A stretch of DNA of 64,000 nucleotides, taken from NCBI GenBank assembly GCA_019116485.1, contig DXBO01000027.1:17373-81372 (forward strand), read 5' to 3'. Origin of the DNA: Candidatus Gemmiger excrementavium (GTDB lineage: Bacteria; Bacillota; Clostridia; Oscillospirales; Ruminococcaceae). Shown one piece after another: positions 34,133 through 42,005 of this stretch (positions are counted from its first letter, which is position 1; the number at the start of each line of letters is the position of its first letter). A model generated the notes under the pieces. That model had not been told where the DNA came from. It was given only the letters and a program-made list of their open reading frames with translations, and made no database searches. Position numbers and translations under genes: made by a program.

Positions 34133-36264
34133 GAAGGCACGACCTCCCAGTGGAAACCTGCCCGGGCGAACCGGACAGCCAGTTCCTCCGCCTGTTCGGG
34201 CGGGGTGTTGGTCAGGATGACGGCGTACCCGCCGGTCTCGTCCTGCCCCATGTAATCCGTCTTGCGGATCATGCCGCCCAGGGCCCGGCCCACGGCGGCG
34301 GCATCCAGCCCGGCAGGGGGCTGCACCCGGCCCAGTGTAAAGCGGCACAGAGCCCGGCCCCCTTCGCCCCGCAGCAAGGCCAGCTTTTCGGCAAAGGCTT
34401 CCGGTTTGAGCAGGGCGGTGCCGGCCACGCAGCGCTCGGACCGGCGGGCCTTTTCATAGGAAAGGGCCCGCAACAGGTTTTTTTCCAGCAAACTGACCAC
34501 CACCCGGAACAGGTCCTGGTAGTAGGTGGTGAACTTGTCCGGCGCGATGTCGTAAGCCGCCACAAAGGCGTAGGGCTGGCCGTCGTACCACACAGGGGCA
34601 GCCAGGTCGGGATGGTCGGCCAGCAGGCCGGTGTTGACGAACAGGCCCCCCCGGCGGAACGCCAGCCGCAGCCGTTCCAGTTCCGCCAGGCCCAGGACGG
34701 CAGGGGCGCTGCCCTCCAGCGCCGGGGAACAGGTCAGCAGCCGGGCGCAGCCCGCCGGCACATCCACATAGTAGACAGCGGCTTTTTCACATTCCAGCAC
34801 CTGCTGCACCACCCCGATCCCCCGCTGCAGCAGCTGTTCCGGCTGCTGCGCGTCCAGTTCCAGCACGATGCGGTACAGGTCCCCGAAGCTGTGTTTGGTG
34901 TTGAGCAGCTGTTGCTGCAGCCGGTTTTTCAGGTCCTGGGTCTCGGTCTGCAGGGCTTCCACCCGGCGGTATTTCTCCTCCAGCAGGTCGTAGCGGCGGC
35001 GCAGGGCGTCGGTGTCTTCCCGCCGGCGGTTGACGATGTACCCCAGTACCGACCCGGTGACGGCATACACTACAAAGGGCAGCCAGGTGTCCACGCTGTA
35101 GAGCAGGTAGGCGGTGTCCACATAGGAGGCCGCCAGACTGTACAGGTAGGAGAGGCTGGCCAGCACCACGGCCAGCACCCCCATCTCACCGCCGTAGCAG
35201 CAGGCGGTCAGGGCCACAAACATCAGCCGGATGTCCACATATTTCAGGTCGGACACATCCTTGCCGAAACGCAGCAGCAGCGATGTGGCCGCAAAGAGCA
35301 GCAGCGTCTCCCCCAGCGTGCGCAGCGGTGCGTGCCGGGCCAGCCAGGCGCGCAGCCGGGCCAGCGGGACCCGGACGGGCCGGGGTGCACCGGAGGGGGC
35401 CGACGCAGGCATTGCCAGGGCCCGGCCCAGTGTATCGGCCCCGTCCTGCGCAAAAAGATGGGTCGGTATCCAGCCGGTGGCCAGCTGCAAAGGGCGCGGG
35501 TCAAAGTCCCCGGGGGGCAGTGTGGGGCGCTGTGCCTGCCAGGTCACGTCCGGTTCGCACCCGGCGACCCGGCCCAGGCAGGCAAAGTATTCTGCCAGCG
35601 GCACAGGATGCCCTGTCACCACCAGGTAACGGCCCGCCGCCCGGACCAGGACCAGGTCATACAGTGCTGCGGCGGCGTCCTCGGCATGGATGACATCCAC
35701 GCAGTCCCCGGCACTGCAGGGGCAGGTCACCGGTTCTCCCCGTGCCATGCGGGCCAGCAGGGCGCCGGTGTAGCCCATATCCCCCGGCGGCACCGGTGCG
35801 TACACATAGCCCAGCCGGGCGATGAGCAGCGGCAGGCCGAAATGGCTCTGGTGAGCCTGGCAGTACAGTTCCCCGGCAGCCAGGTCGGCCTGCAGCGGGG
35901 TCAGCGCCCCGCCGTACCCCAGTTCCACCGAGGACAGGTAGACAAAGGTCTGCACCCGATGTTCCCGCAGGGCCTCCAGCAGGGCAGCCAGCGCGGGGAT
36001 GCAGCTCTCATAAGCGGCGCCGGGGGCATTTTCCCGCAGGGCCCCGGTCAGAAACACCACTGTATCGATACGGTTGGATGTAAGTATCGGGGCGATCTGC
36101 TGTGCCCCAAAGGTTCCGCGGTAAATGCTGCCCCGCAGCCGCGGGTGCCACAGGGCACGCTGGTCTTCCCCGGTGATCCAGCAGGCGGTGTGCCCCTCGC
36201 TCAGAAAGCGATTGGCCAGGTAAGCGCCGGCCAGGTCCCACCTGCCCATGAACAAGACATTCAT
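34129..36264 (-). CDS. pelD: PelD-like c-di-GMP receptor: degenerate SDR domain, TM helices, GAF-like region and degenerate GGDEF with an intact RxxD site
   Basis: 711 aa. The N-terminus resembles epimerases but has GRWDLAG in place of GxxGxxG and YCQAH in place of YxxxK. 4 TM helices in the middle. C-terminal RKTD-YMGQ-DETGGY-AVIL aligns to RxxD-x4-GGDEF-AVIL. GGAGGAGAGGG RBS. Confidence 0.75.
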   Translation of the reverse strand: MNVLFMGRWDLAGAYLANRFLSEGHTACWITGEDQRALWHPRLRGSIYRGTFGAQQIAPILTSNRIDTVVFLTGALRENAPGAAYESCIPALAALLEALREHRVQTFVYLSSVELGYGGALTPLQADLAAGELYCQAHQSHFGLPLLIARLGYVYAPVPPGDMGYTGALLARMARGEPVTCPCSAGDCVDVIHAEDAAAALYDLVLVRAAGRYLVVTGHPVPLAEYFACLGRVAGCEPDVTWQAQRPTLPPGDFDPRPLQLATGWIPTHLFAQDGADTLGRALAMPASAPSGAPRPVRVPLARLRAWLARHAPLRTLGETLLLFAATSLLLRFGKDVSDLKYVDIRLMFVALTACCYGGEMGVLAVVLASLSYLYSLAASYVDTAYLLYSVDTWLPFVVYAVTGSVLGYIVNRRREDTDALRRRYDLLEEKYRRVEALQTETQDLKNRLQQQLLNTKHSFGDLYRIVLELDAQQPEQLLQRGIGVVQQVLECEKAAVYYVDVPAGCARLLTCSPALEGSAPAVLGLAELERLRLAFRRGGLFVNTGLLADHPDLAAPVWYDGQPYAFVAAYDIAPDKFTTYYQDLFRVVVSLLEKNLLRALSYEKARRSERCVAGTALLKPEAFAEKLALLRGEGGRALCRFTLGRVQPPAGLDAAAVGRALGGMIRKTDYMGQDETGGYAVILTNTPPEQAEELAVRFARAGFHWEVVPS

Positions 36265-36378
36265 TTCCCTCTCCTCCGTTTTTTTCTGCTGCGCCGTGCC
36301 CCCACCAGGGGCCGGTCACCTACACTGTAGCGCCTGCAGGGCGAGAAACCTGCCGAAATGCCGCGCCCCCGCACTTTA

Positions 36379-36393
36379 TGTGACCAAATCACA
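36379..36393. promoter_or_regulatory. TGTGA-N5-TCACA palindrome in the pelD/trxA divergent region (candidate Crp/Fnr-family site)
   Basis: TGTGACCAAATCACA. Its centre lies about 41 bp upstream of the start predicted from a TATACT -10 at 36415-36420. Confidence 0.35.
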
Positions 36394-36454
36394 GAAAAGC
36401 CGCCGCGGACGGCGTATACTATAGGCACAACGAACAACAAAGGAGGACACAACG

Positions 36455-36769
36455 ATGTCTGCATTGCATATCAACAAAGCCAATTTCAACGAACAGGTGC
36501 TTCAGTCCGACAAACCGGTGCTGCTGGATTTCTGGGCCAGCTGGTGCGGCCCCTGCCGCATGGTGGCGCCTCTGGTGGAGGAACTGGCCGCCGAACACAA
36601 CGAATTCAAGGTAGGCAAGATCAACGTGGATGAAGAACCCGAACTGGCCGCCCGGTTCCAGATCATGAGCATCCCCACCCTGGTGGTCATCAAGAACGGC
36701 CAGGTGGTGCAGCGGGCCACCGGCGCCCGGCCCAAGAGCCAGATTCTGGCCCTGGTCCAGGGGGTGTGA
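36455..36769 (+). CDS. trxA: Thioredoxin
   Basis: 104 aa. [10 protein letters not shown] active site. AAAGGAGGA RBS. Confidence 0.95.
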   Translation: MSALHINKANFNEQVLQSDKPVLLDFWASWCGPCRMVAPLVEELAAEHNEFKVGKINVDEEPELAARFQIMSIPTLVVIKNGQVVQRATGARPKSQILALVQGV

Positions 36770-36772
36770 GCC

Positions 36773-37093
36773 ATGGGGCTGCTGGAATTTCTGCGGGGGC
36801 CGGATATGGATGCCGGTGTGGCCCAATGCCGCCAGACCCCCGGCGCGGTGCTGCTGGACGTGCGCACGCCGGAAGAATACCGGGGCGGGCATATTCCCGG
36901 CAGCCGCAACCTGCCGCTGGACGCACTGCAGGGCGTGACGGACGCCGTACCGGACAAGGGTACGCCGCTGTTTGTCTATTGCCGCAGCGGCGCCCGGTCC
37001 GGGCAAGCCGTACGGCTGCTGGGGCAGATGGGCTACACCCGGGTGACAAACATCGGCGGGATCATGCAGTATCACGGAAAGGTGGAACGATAA
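36773..37093 (+). CDS. Single-domain rhodanese (sulfurtransferase)
   Basis: 106 aa. LLDVRTPEEYRGGHIPGS and active-site loop YCRSGARS. Confidence 0.85.
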   Translation: MGLLEFLRGPDMDAGVAQCRQTPGAVLLDVRTPEEYRGGHIPGSRNLPLDALQGVTDAVPDKGTPLFVYCRSGARSGQAVRLLGQMGYTRVTNIGGIMQYHGKVER

Positions 37094-37094
37094 G

Positions 37095-38786
37095 ATGAAA
37101 GTGGTCATCGTAGGCGGGGTGGCGGGCGGTGCCACGGCAGCGGCACGGCTGCGCCGGCTGGATGAAAACGCCGAGATCGTGGTGTTTGAGCGCTCGGGTT
37201 TTGTCTCGTATGCCAACTGCGGGCTGCCCTATTACATCGGCGGCGTCATTGAAGATGAGGCAGAACTGACGCTGCAAACCCCGGAGAGTTTTTATGAGCG
37301 GTTCCGGGTGGTGATGAAGGTCCGCCACGAGGTGCTTTCCATTGACCGGGCAGCCAAGACCGTTACGGTGCGGGACCTGGAAACCGGCCGGGAATTTGCC
37401 GAGGCCTACGACAAACTGCTGCTGGCCCCCGGCGCCAAACCTACTCAGCCCAAGTTGCCGGGCGCCGGGCTGGACCGGGTGTTCACCCTGCGCACGGTGG
37501 AGGACACCCTGCGCATCCGCCGTTTTGTGGAGCAGCAGCGGCCCCGGTCCGCCGTACTGGCGGGGGGCGGGTTCATCAGCCTGGAACTGGCGGAGAACCT
37601 GCGGGAGCAGGGGCTGGAGGTGACCATCGTACAGCGGCCCAAACAGCTGATGAATCCCTTCGACGCCGATATGGCCGCCCTGATCCACACCGAACTGCGC
37701 ACCCACGGTGTGCGGCTGGCCCTGGGCCATACGGTGGAAGGATTTGCCGAAGCGGAGGGCGGTGTGCAGGTGCTGCTGCAGGGCGAAGTTCCGCTGCAGG
37801 CCGACATGGTGATTCTGGCCATCGGCGTAACACCGGACAGCCACCTGGCCGCTGAAGCCGGGCTGGACCTGGGCATCAAGGGCACCATCGCCGTCAACGA
37901 CCACATGCAGACCTCCGACCCGGACATCTACGCCGTGGGGGACGCCGTACAGGTACAGCAGTTCGTCACCGGCCAGCCCGCCCACATCGCCCTGGCGGGT
38001 CCCGCCAATAAACAAGGGCGCATCGCGGCGGACAATATCGCCGGGGGCGACAGCCGCTATACCGGCGCCCAGGGCAGTTCTGTCATCAAGGTATTTACCC
38101 TGACCGCCGCTGCCACCGGGCTGAACGAGACCGCCGCCCGCAAGGCCGGGCTGGACGTGGAGGCGGTCATTCTGTCCCCCATGAACCACGCGGGCTACTA
38201 CCCTGGCGGGCGCGTCATGACCATCAAGGCGGTCTTTGCCCGGGACACCGGCAAACTGTTGGGTGCCCAGATCGTAGGGGCCGACGGTGTGGACAAGCGC
38301 ATCGATGTGCTGGCCACCGCCATCCGCGCCGGCATGACCGCCGCCGACCTGACCGAACTGGACCTGGCCTACGCGCCGCCGTATTCCTCGGCCAAGGACC
38401 CGGTGAACATGGCGGGTTATATGATGGAAAACATCCGCCGGGGGCTGGTGCGCCAGTTCCGGCTGGAGGACCTGGACGCCCTGCCCCGGGACGGCAGCGT
38501 GACGCTGCTGGACACCCGTACCCCGGCAGAATACCGCCGGGGACATGCCGACGGCTTTGTGCACCTGCCGCTGGATGACCTGCGGGACCGGCTGGGCGAA
38601 CTGGACCCCGCCAAGCCGGTATACGTCATGTGCCAGAGCGGGCTGCGCAGCTATCTGGCCTGCCGTCTTCTGACCCAGCACGGGTTTGCCTGCCGCAACT
38701 TTGCCGGGGGCTATCGCTTTTATGAGGCGGTGATCACCGACCGCTGCCAGAGCGACCAGGCCTGGCCCTGCGGCATGGACCGATAA
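37095..38786 (+). CDS. CoA-disulfide reductase/NADH-oxidase-family flavoprotein with a C-terminal rhodanese domain
   Basis: 563 aa. VVIVGGVAGGATAA FAD motif, redox Cys in SYANCGLPYY, second dinucleotide fold, C-terminal rhodanese LLDTRTPAEYRRGH...MCQSGLRS. Confidence 0.85.
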   Translation: MKVVIVGGVAGGATAAARLRRLDENAEIVVFERSGFVSYANCGLPYYIGGVIEDEAELTLQTPESFYERFRVVMKVRHEVLSIDRAAKTVTVRDLETGREFAEAYDKLLLAPGAKPTQPKLPGAGLDRVFTLRTVEDTLRIRRFVEQQRPRSAVLAGGGFISLELAENLREQGLEVTIVQRPKQLMNPFDADMAALIHTELRTHGVRLALGHTVEGFAEAEGGVQVLLQGEVPLQADMVILAIGVTPDSHLAAEAGLDLGIKGTIAVNDHMQTSDPDIYAVGDAVQVQQFVTGQPAHIALAGPANKQGRIAADNIAGGDSRYTGAQGSSVIKVFTLTAAATGLNETAARKAGLDVEAVILSPMNHAGYYPGGRVMTIKAVFARDTGKLLGAQIVGADGVDKRIDVLATAIRAGMTAADLTELDLAYAPPYSSAKDPVNMAGYMMENIRRGLVRQFRLEDLDALPRDGSVTLLDTRTPAEYRRGHADGFVHLPLDDLRDRLGELDPAKPVYVMCQSGLRSYLACRLLTQHGFACRNFAGGYRFYEAVITDRCQSDQAWPCGMDR

Positions 38787-38800
38787 GCGCCGATACACAC

Positions 38801-38850
38801 AAAAAACCGCGGAAGGATCTTGCGATCCTTCCGCGGTTTTTGCGTTTTGT
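38801..38850. terminator. Bidirectional rho-independent terminator
   Basis: AAAAA-ACCGCGGAAGGATC-TTGC-GATCCTTCCGCGGT-TTTTGCGTTTT. 14-bp perfect stem. Confidence 0.85.
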
Positions 38851-38867
38851 CCGGGGGCCGGCCCTGT

Positions 38868-39527
38868 TTATGTTTCGCCCAGCGCACGCAGGCGTTCCTC
38901 GTCCAGGACCTCCACGGTGCCCCGGGACAGTTTGACCCAGCCCTCGCTCTGGAAATAGCGCAGCATGCGGGTGACTACCTCCCGGGGGGAACCCAGATGG
39001 TTGCCGATGGTCTCATGGGTGGTGTGCAGCCTGGTGGTGTGTTCCAGGGCACATTCCTCCGCCAGAAAAGCGGCCAGCCGTTTGTCCAGGCTCTTCCACA
39101 TGATCTGCTCCACGAGCCACATCACATCGGTAAAACGGGCGGCCATGACCTCGTTGGTGTAATTGGCCAGGGGAGCCGATTCTTCCATCAGCGGTTTGTA
39201 CAGCCCCGCCGGAATCAGCCACAGCTCGGTGTCGGCTTCGGCTTCAATGGTCACATCGAACTGCAGGCTGTTCATGACGCAGGAGGCGGACAATAGGCAG
39301 ATGTCCCGCGCAAACAGCCGGTAGAGGGTGATCTCCCGCCCGTCTTCCGACAAAATATACACCCGCAGCCGCCCGCTGCGCAGCACCAGCAGACCCAGGC
39401 AGTCCATGCTGCCGTCGTACAGCCGGGCCCCTTTGGGCACCGTGCGGTATACCAGGCCCCGGGCGACCCGCTCCTGCTGCCGGGGGGTAAGTTTTTGCCA
39501 TACGGGGAAATATTCTGCAAATTCCAT
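38868..39527 (-). CDS. Crp/Fnr-family transcriptional regulator
   Basis: cNMP-binding-like beta-roll (LLVLRSGRLRVYILSEDGREITLYRL) and C-terminal HTH (THETIGNHLGSPREVVTRMLRYF). ATG 39527 follows AAAGGA. Confidence 0.85.
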   Translation of the reverse strand: MEFAEYFPVWQKLTPRQQERVARGLVYRTVPKGARLYDGSMDCLGLLVLRSGRLRVYILSEDGREITLYRLFARDICLLSASCVMNSLQFDVTIEAEADTELWLIPAGLYKPLMEESAPLANYTNEVMAARFTDVMWLVEQIMWKSLDKRLAAFLAEECALEHTTRLHTTHETIGNHLGSPREVVTRMLRYFQSEGWVKLSRGTVEVLDEERLRALGET

Positions 39528-39550
39528 GGTGGGTATCCTTTCCACGGCGC

Positions 39551-40420
39551 TCAGCCGTCCTTGCGGATAAAATGGGTCTGGCGGTAGGTCCGGGGCGCCA
39601 CGCCGTACACCGACTTGAACGCCCGGGAAAAATGCAGTTGGTTGGCATAGCTGACCATGCTGCTGATGGTGCCGATGGGCAGCGCCGTTTCCTTGAGCAT
39701 CTGGGCGGCCCGGGCCATGCGGTAGTGCAGCAGAAAGGCCTGGGGGCTCTCCCCCATGGTATCCCGGAACAATTTGCTGAAATAGCTTCGGTTCAGCCCG
39801 CAGAAGGCCGCGATCTCCTCGATGGAGACATCCCGCTGGAAATTCTGCTCAATAAAGGACAGGGCTTCCTTCATATAAAAGTCCCGCAGCCGCCGGGGAC
39901 TCTGCCGCCGGGGCGCCGCCGATGACTGCACCAGCTGGTCCAGAAACAGAAACGCCTGGCCGATCTGGCGCACCGGGCTGTCCTGGGGATGGTTGACGAT
40001 GTACAGCATCTGTTCCTGCAGGCGCAGGCCCGCTTCCCGGTTCTGGGGGGTGTACAGGGGCTGGTCCCCGCTGATGCCCGCCAGGCTCAGGCTTTCATTT
40101 ACCCGCAGGCCGTCCAGTTCGATCCAGGTATACTCCCAAGGGTCGGCGGCGTCCGCCACATAGGTGGTGGTCTGCCCCGGCACGATCAGGAAACCATGAC
40201 CCGCCGTGATGCGGTAACTGGTCTCGTTGGCGTAAAGGGTGCCGCTTCCGGTGATCACATAGTGGAACAGATAGTGGTCACGTTTGTGGGGCCCGTAGGA
40301 GTGCAGGGGTTCGGTGCGTTCCCAGCCATACTGGTACAGGTTCAGGTCTACAAACCGCTCATCCTGGAAAACATGGAACTTGAGTTTGTTCTCTGTTTTG
40401 ACATCATCCTGCCGCTGCAT
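39551..40420 (-). CDS. AraC-family regulator (cupin sensor + HTH), MsmR-like, divergent from the sugar operon
   Basis: From MQRQDDVKTE (ATG 40420, GGGGGAGG RBS). C-terminal IEEIAAFCGLNRSYFSKLFRD...HFSRAFKSVYGVAPRTYR. Confidence 0.85.
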   Translation of the reverse strand: MQRQDDVKTENKLKFHVFQDERFVDLNLYQYGWERTEPLHSYGPHKRDHYLFHYVITGSGTLYANETSYRITAGHGFLIVPGQTTTYVADAADPWEYTWIELDGLRVNESLSLAGISGDQPLYTPQNREAGLRLQEQMLYIVNHPQDSPVRQIGQAFLFLDQLVQSSAAPRRQSPRRLRDFYMKEALSFIEQNFQRDVSIEEIAAFCGLNRSYFSKLFRDTMGESPQAFLLHYRMARAAQMLKETALPIGTISSMVSYANQLHFSRAFKSVYGVAPRTYRQTHFIRKDG

Positions 40421-40529
40421 GGCACAACCTCCCCCGCTGTTTTTTCTATTATATACCATAATGTGTCCCAACTTCAACATTTTACATAGAAAAACTATAA
40501 ATTGAGATATAAAAAATCCTGCCAAGATA

Positions 40530-40558
40530 TTCACGATTCGTTAGCTAAATTGTATAAT
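40530..40558 (+). promoter_or_regulatory. SigA-type promoter of the msm-like operon
   Basis: TTCACG(40530-40535)-17 nt-TATAAT(40553-40558), in an AT-rich gap. Confidence 0.5.
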
Positions 40559-40580
40559 ATCCTCGACAATTCGGGAAACA

Positions 40581-40609
40581 TTTTGTGCATAGTGCACATT
40601 GCACAAAAG
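40581..40609. promoter_or_regulatory. Perfect 9-bp inverted repeat TTTTGTGCA-N11-TGCACAAAA just downstream of the promoter (operator or 5'UTR hairpin)
   Basis: Read directly from the sequence. The spacer itself contains the GTGCAC palindrome. Confidence 0.4.
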
Positions 40610-40712
40610 TAGGTAGGAAATTTCGTCAAAATGGCAAAGTTCCCATCCCGGCTGCCGTACCGGCCGGACGGCAGTGTACCACCGCAAATGATCGACAGGG
40701 AGGAAGACATCT

Positions 40713-42005
40713 ATGAACATCAAACGGAAGTTGGCTGCCGGATTGATGGCGACGTGCCTGACGGCAGGTTTGGCCACAGGTCTGACCGCATGCGGATCGG
40801 ACAGCACCGACGGCACCGTCAACCTGACGTTCCAGATTTGGGACGTGTTCCAGCGCGACGGCATGCAGGCCATGTGCGACGCCTACACCGCCGAGCACCC
40901 CAACGTCCACATCGAGGTGCAGGTCACCAGCTGGGACGAGTACTGGACCAAGCTGGAGGCAGGCGCCATCTCCAACCAGATGCCGGACATTTTCTGGATG
41001 CACACCAACGAGATCCTGAAATATGCCGACTACGGCAAGCTGGCTGACTGCTCCGACATTGTGGAGACCGAACACTTCTCGGACATTTCGCTGGCCAACG
41101 CCAGCGGTTCGGACGGCGTTTTGTACGGCGTACCCAAAGACAAGGACACCGTGGGCCTTGTGTACAACAAGGAAATGTTTGACGCCGCCGGCGTGGCTTA
41201 CCCCGACGAAACCTGGACCTGGGACGACCTGGTCAGCGCGTCGGAGGCCATTTATGAGGCCACCGGCAACTACGGCTACATGGCCTATGCCGACGACCAG
41301 CTGGGCTACTGGAACTTTGTGTATCAGGCGGGCGGCAGCATCCTGACTGAGGACAAAAAGCACGCCAACTTTACCGACCCGGGCACCAAGATGGGCATGG
41401 AATTCTACATCGGCCTGCAGCAGAACGACTGGTGCCCCGACCAGAACTACTTTGCCGAAACCGCCCCCGGCACCGCCTTCTTCTCTGAGAAGGGCGCCAT
41501 GTTCTTTGAGGGCGACTGGAACATCCTGCCCGAACTGCAGAACTACCCCGACATGGTGGGCAAGTGGGGCGTGGCTGTGCTGCCCATGTGCCCCAACCCC
41601 GTCAGCGGCGACGGCCGGGCCACCATCTCCAACGGTCTGAGCTACGCCACCAGCGCCACCAACAAGCACATGGACATCGTAAAGGACGTGCTGAAGTTCT
41701 TCGGCAGCGAGGAAGGCCAGCGCATCCAGGGCGAGAGCGGCGCCGCCATCCCCGCCTATGAGGGGCTGGAGGATACCTGGGTGAGCTGCTTTGCGGAATA
41801 CCCCATCGACGTGACCCCCTTCATCGACATGTTCGACTACAGCATCCAGAGTGTCAACAACGCAGCCCGCCCCGAGTGGAAGAGCCCCGTCAGCGACACC
41901 CTCATCAAGATCTACACCGGCGAACTGAGCCTGGACACCGGTCTGGAACAGATGCAGAACATCGTGGAGAGCGCCAGCGCTGAATATTACGAGGAGGATG
42001 CGTAA
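40713..42005 (+). CDS. Sugar ABC transporter substrate-binding lipoprotein (MsmE-like)
   Basis: 430 aa. Lipobox LTACGS. Family-1 SBP features. GGGAGGAAG RBS. Confidence 0.88.
   Translation: MNIKRKLAAGLMATCLTAGLATGLTACGSDSTDGTVNLTFQIWDVFQRDGMQAMCDAYTAEHPNVHIEVQVTSWDEYWTKLEAGAISNQMPDIFWMHTNEILKYADYGKLADCSDIVETEHFSDISLANASGSDGVLYGVPKDKDTVGLVYNKEMFDAAGVAYPDETWTWDDLVSASEAIYEATGNYGYMAYADDQLGYWNFVYQAGGSILTEDKKHANFTDPGTKMGMEFYIGLQQNDWCPDQNYFAETAPGTAFFSEKGAMFFEGDWNILPELQNYPDMVGKWGVAVLPMCPNPVSGDGRATISNGLSYATSATNKHMDIVKDVLKFFGSEEGQRIQGESGAAIPAYEGLEDTWVSCFAEYPIDVTPFIDMFDYSIQSVNNAARPEWKSPVSDTLIKIYTGELSLDTGLEQMQNIVESASAEYYEEDA

Noticed and set aside
28453-36264. pelB, pelC or a separate PelA hydrolase gene within the pel cluster
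   Set aside because: No TPR/porin-like or small lipoprotein gene is present. This is expected for a monoderm Pel system and is not a sign of an incomplete locus.
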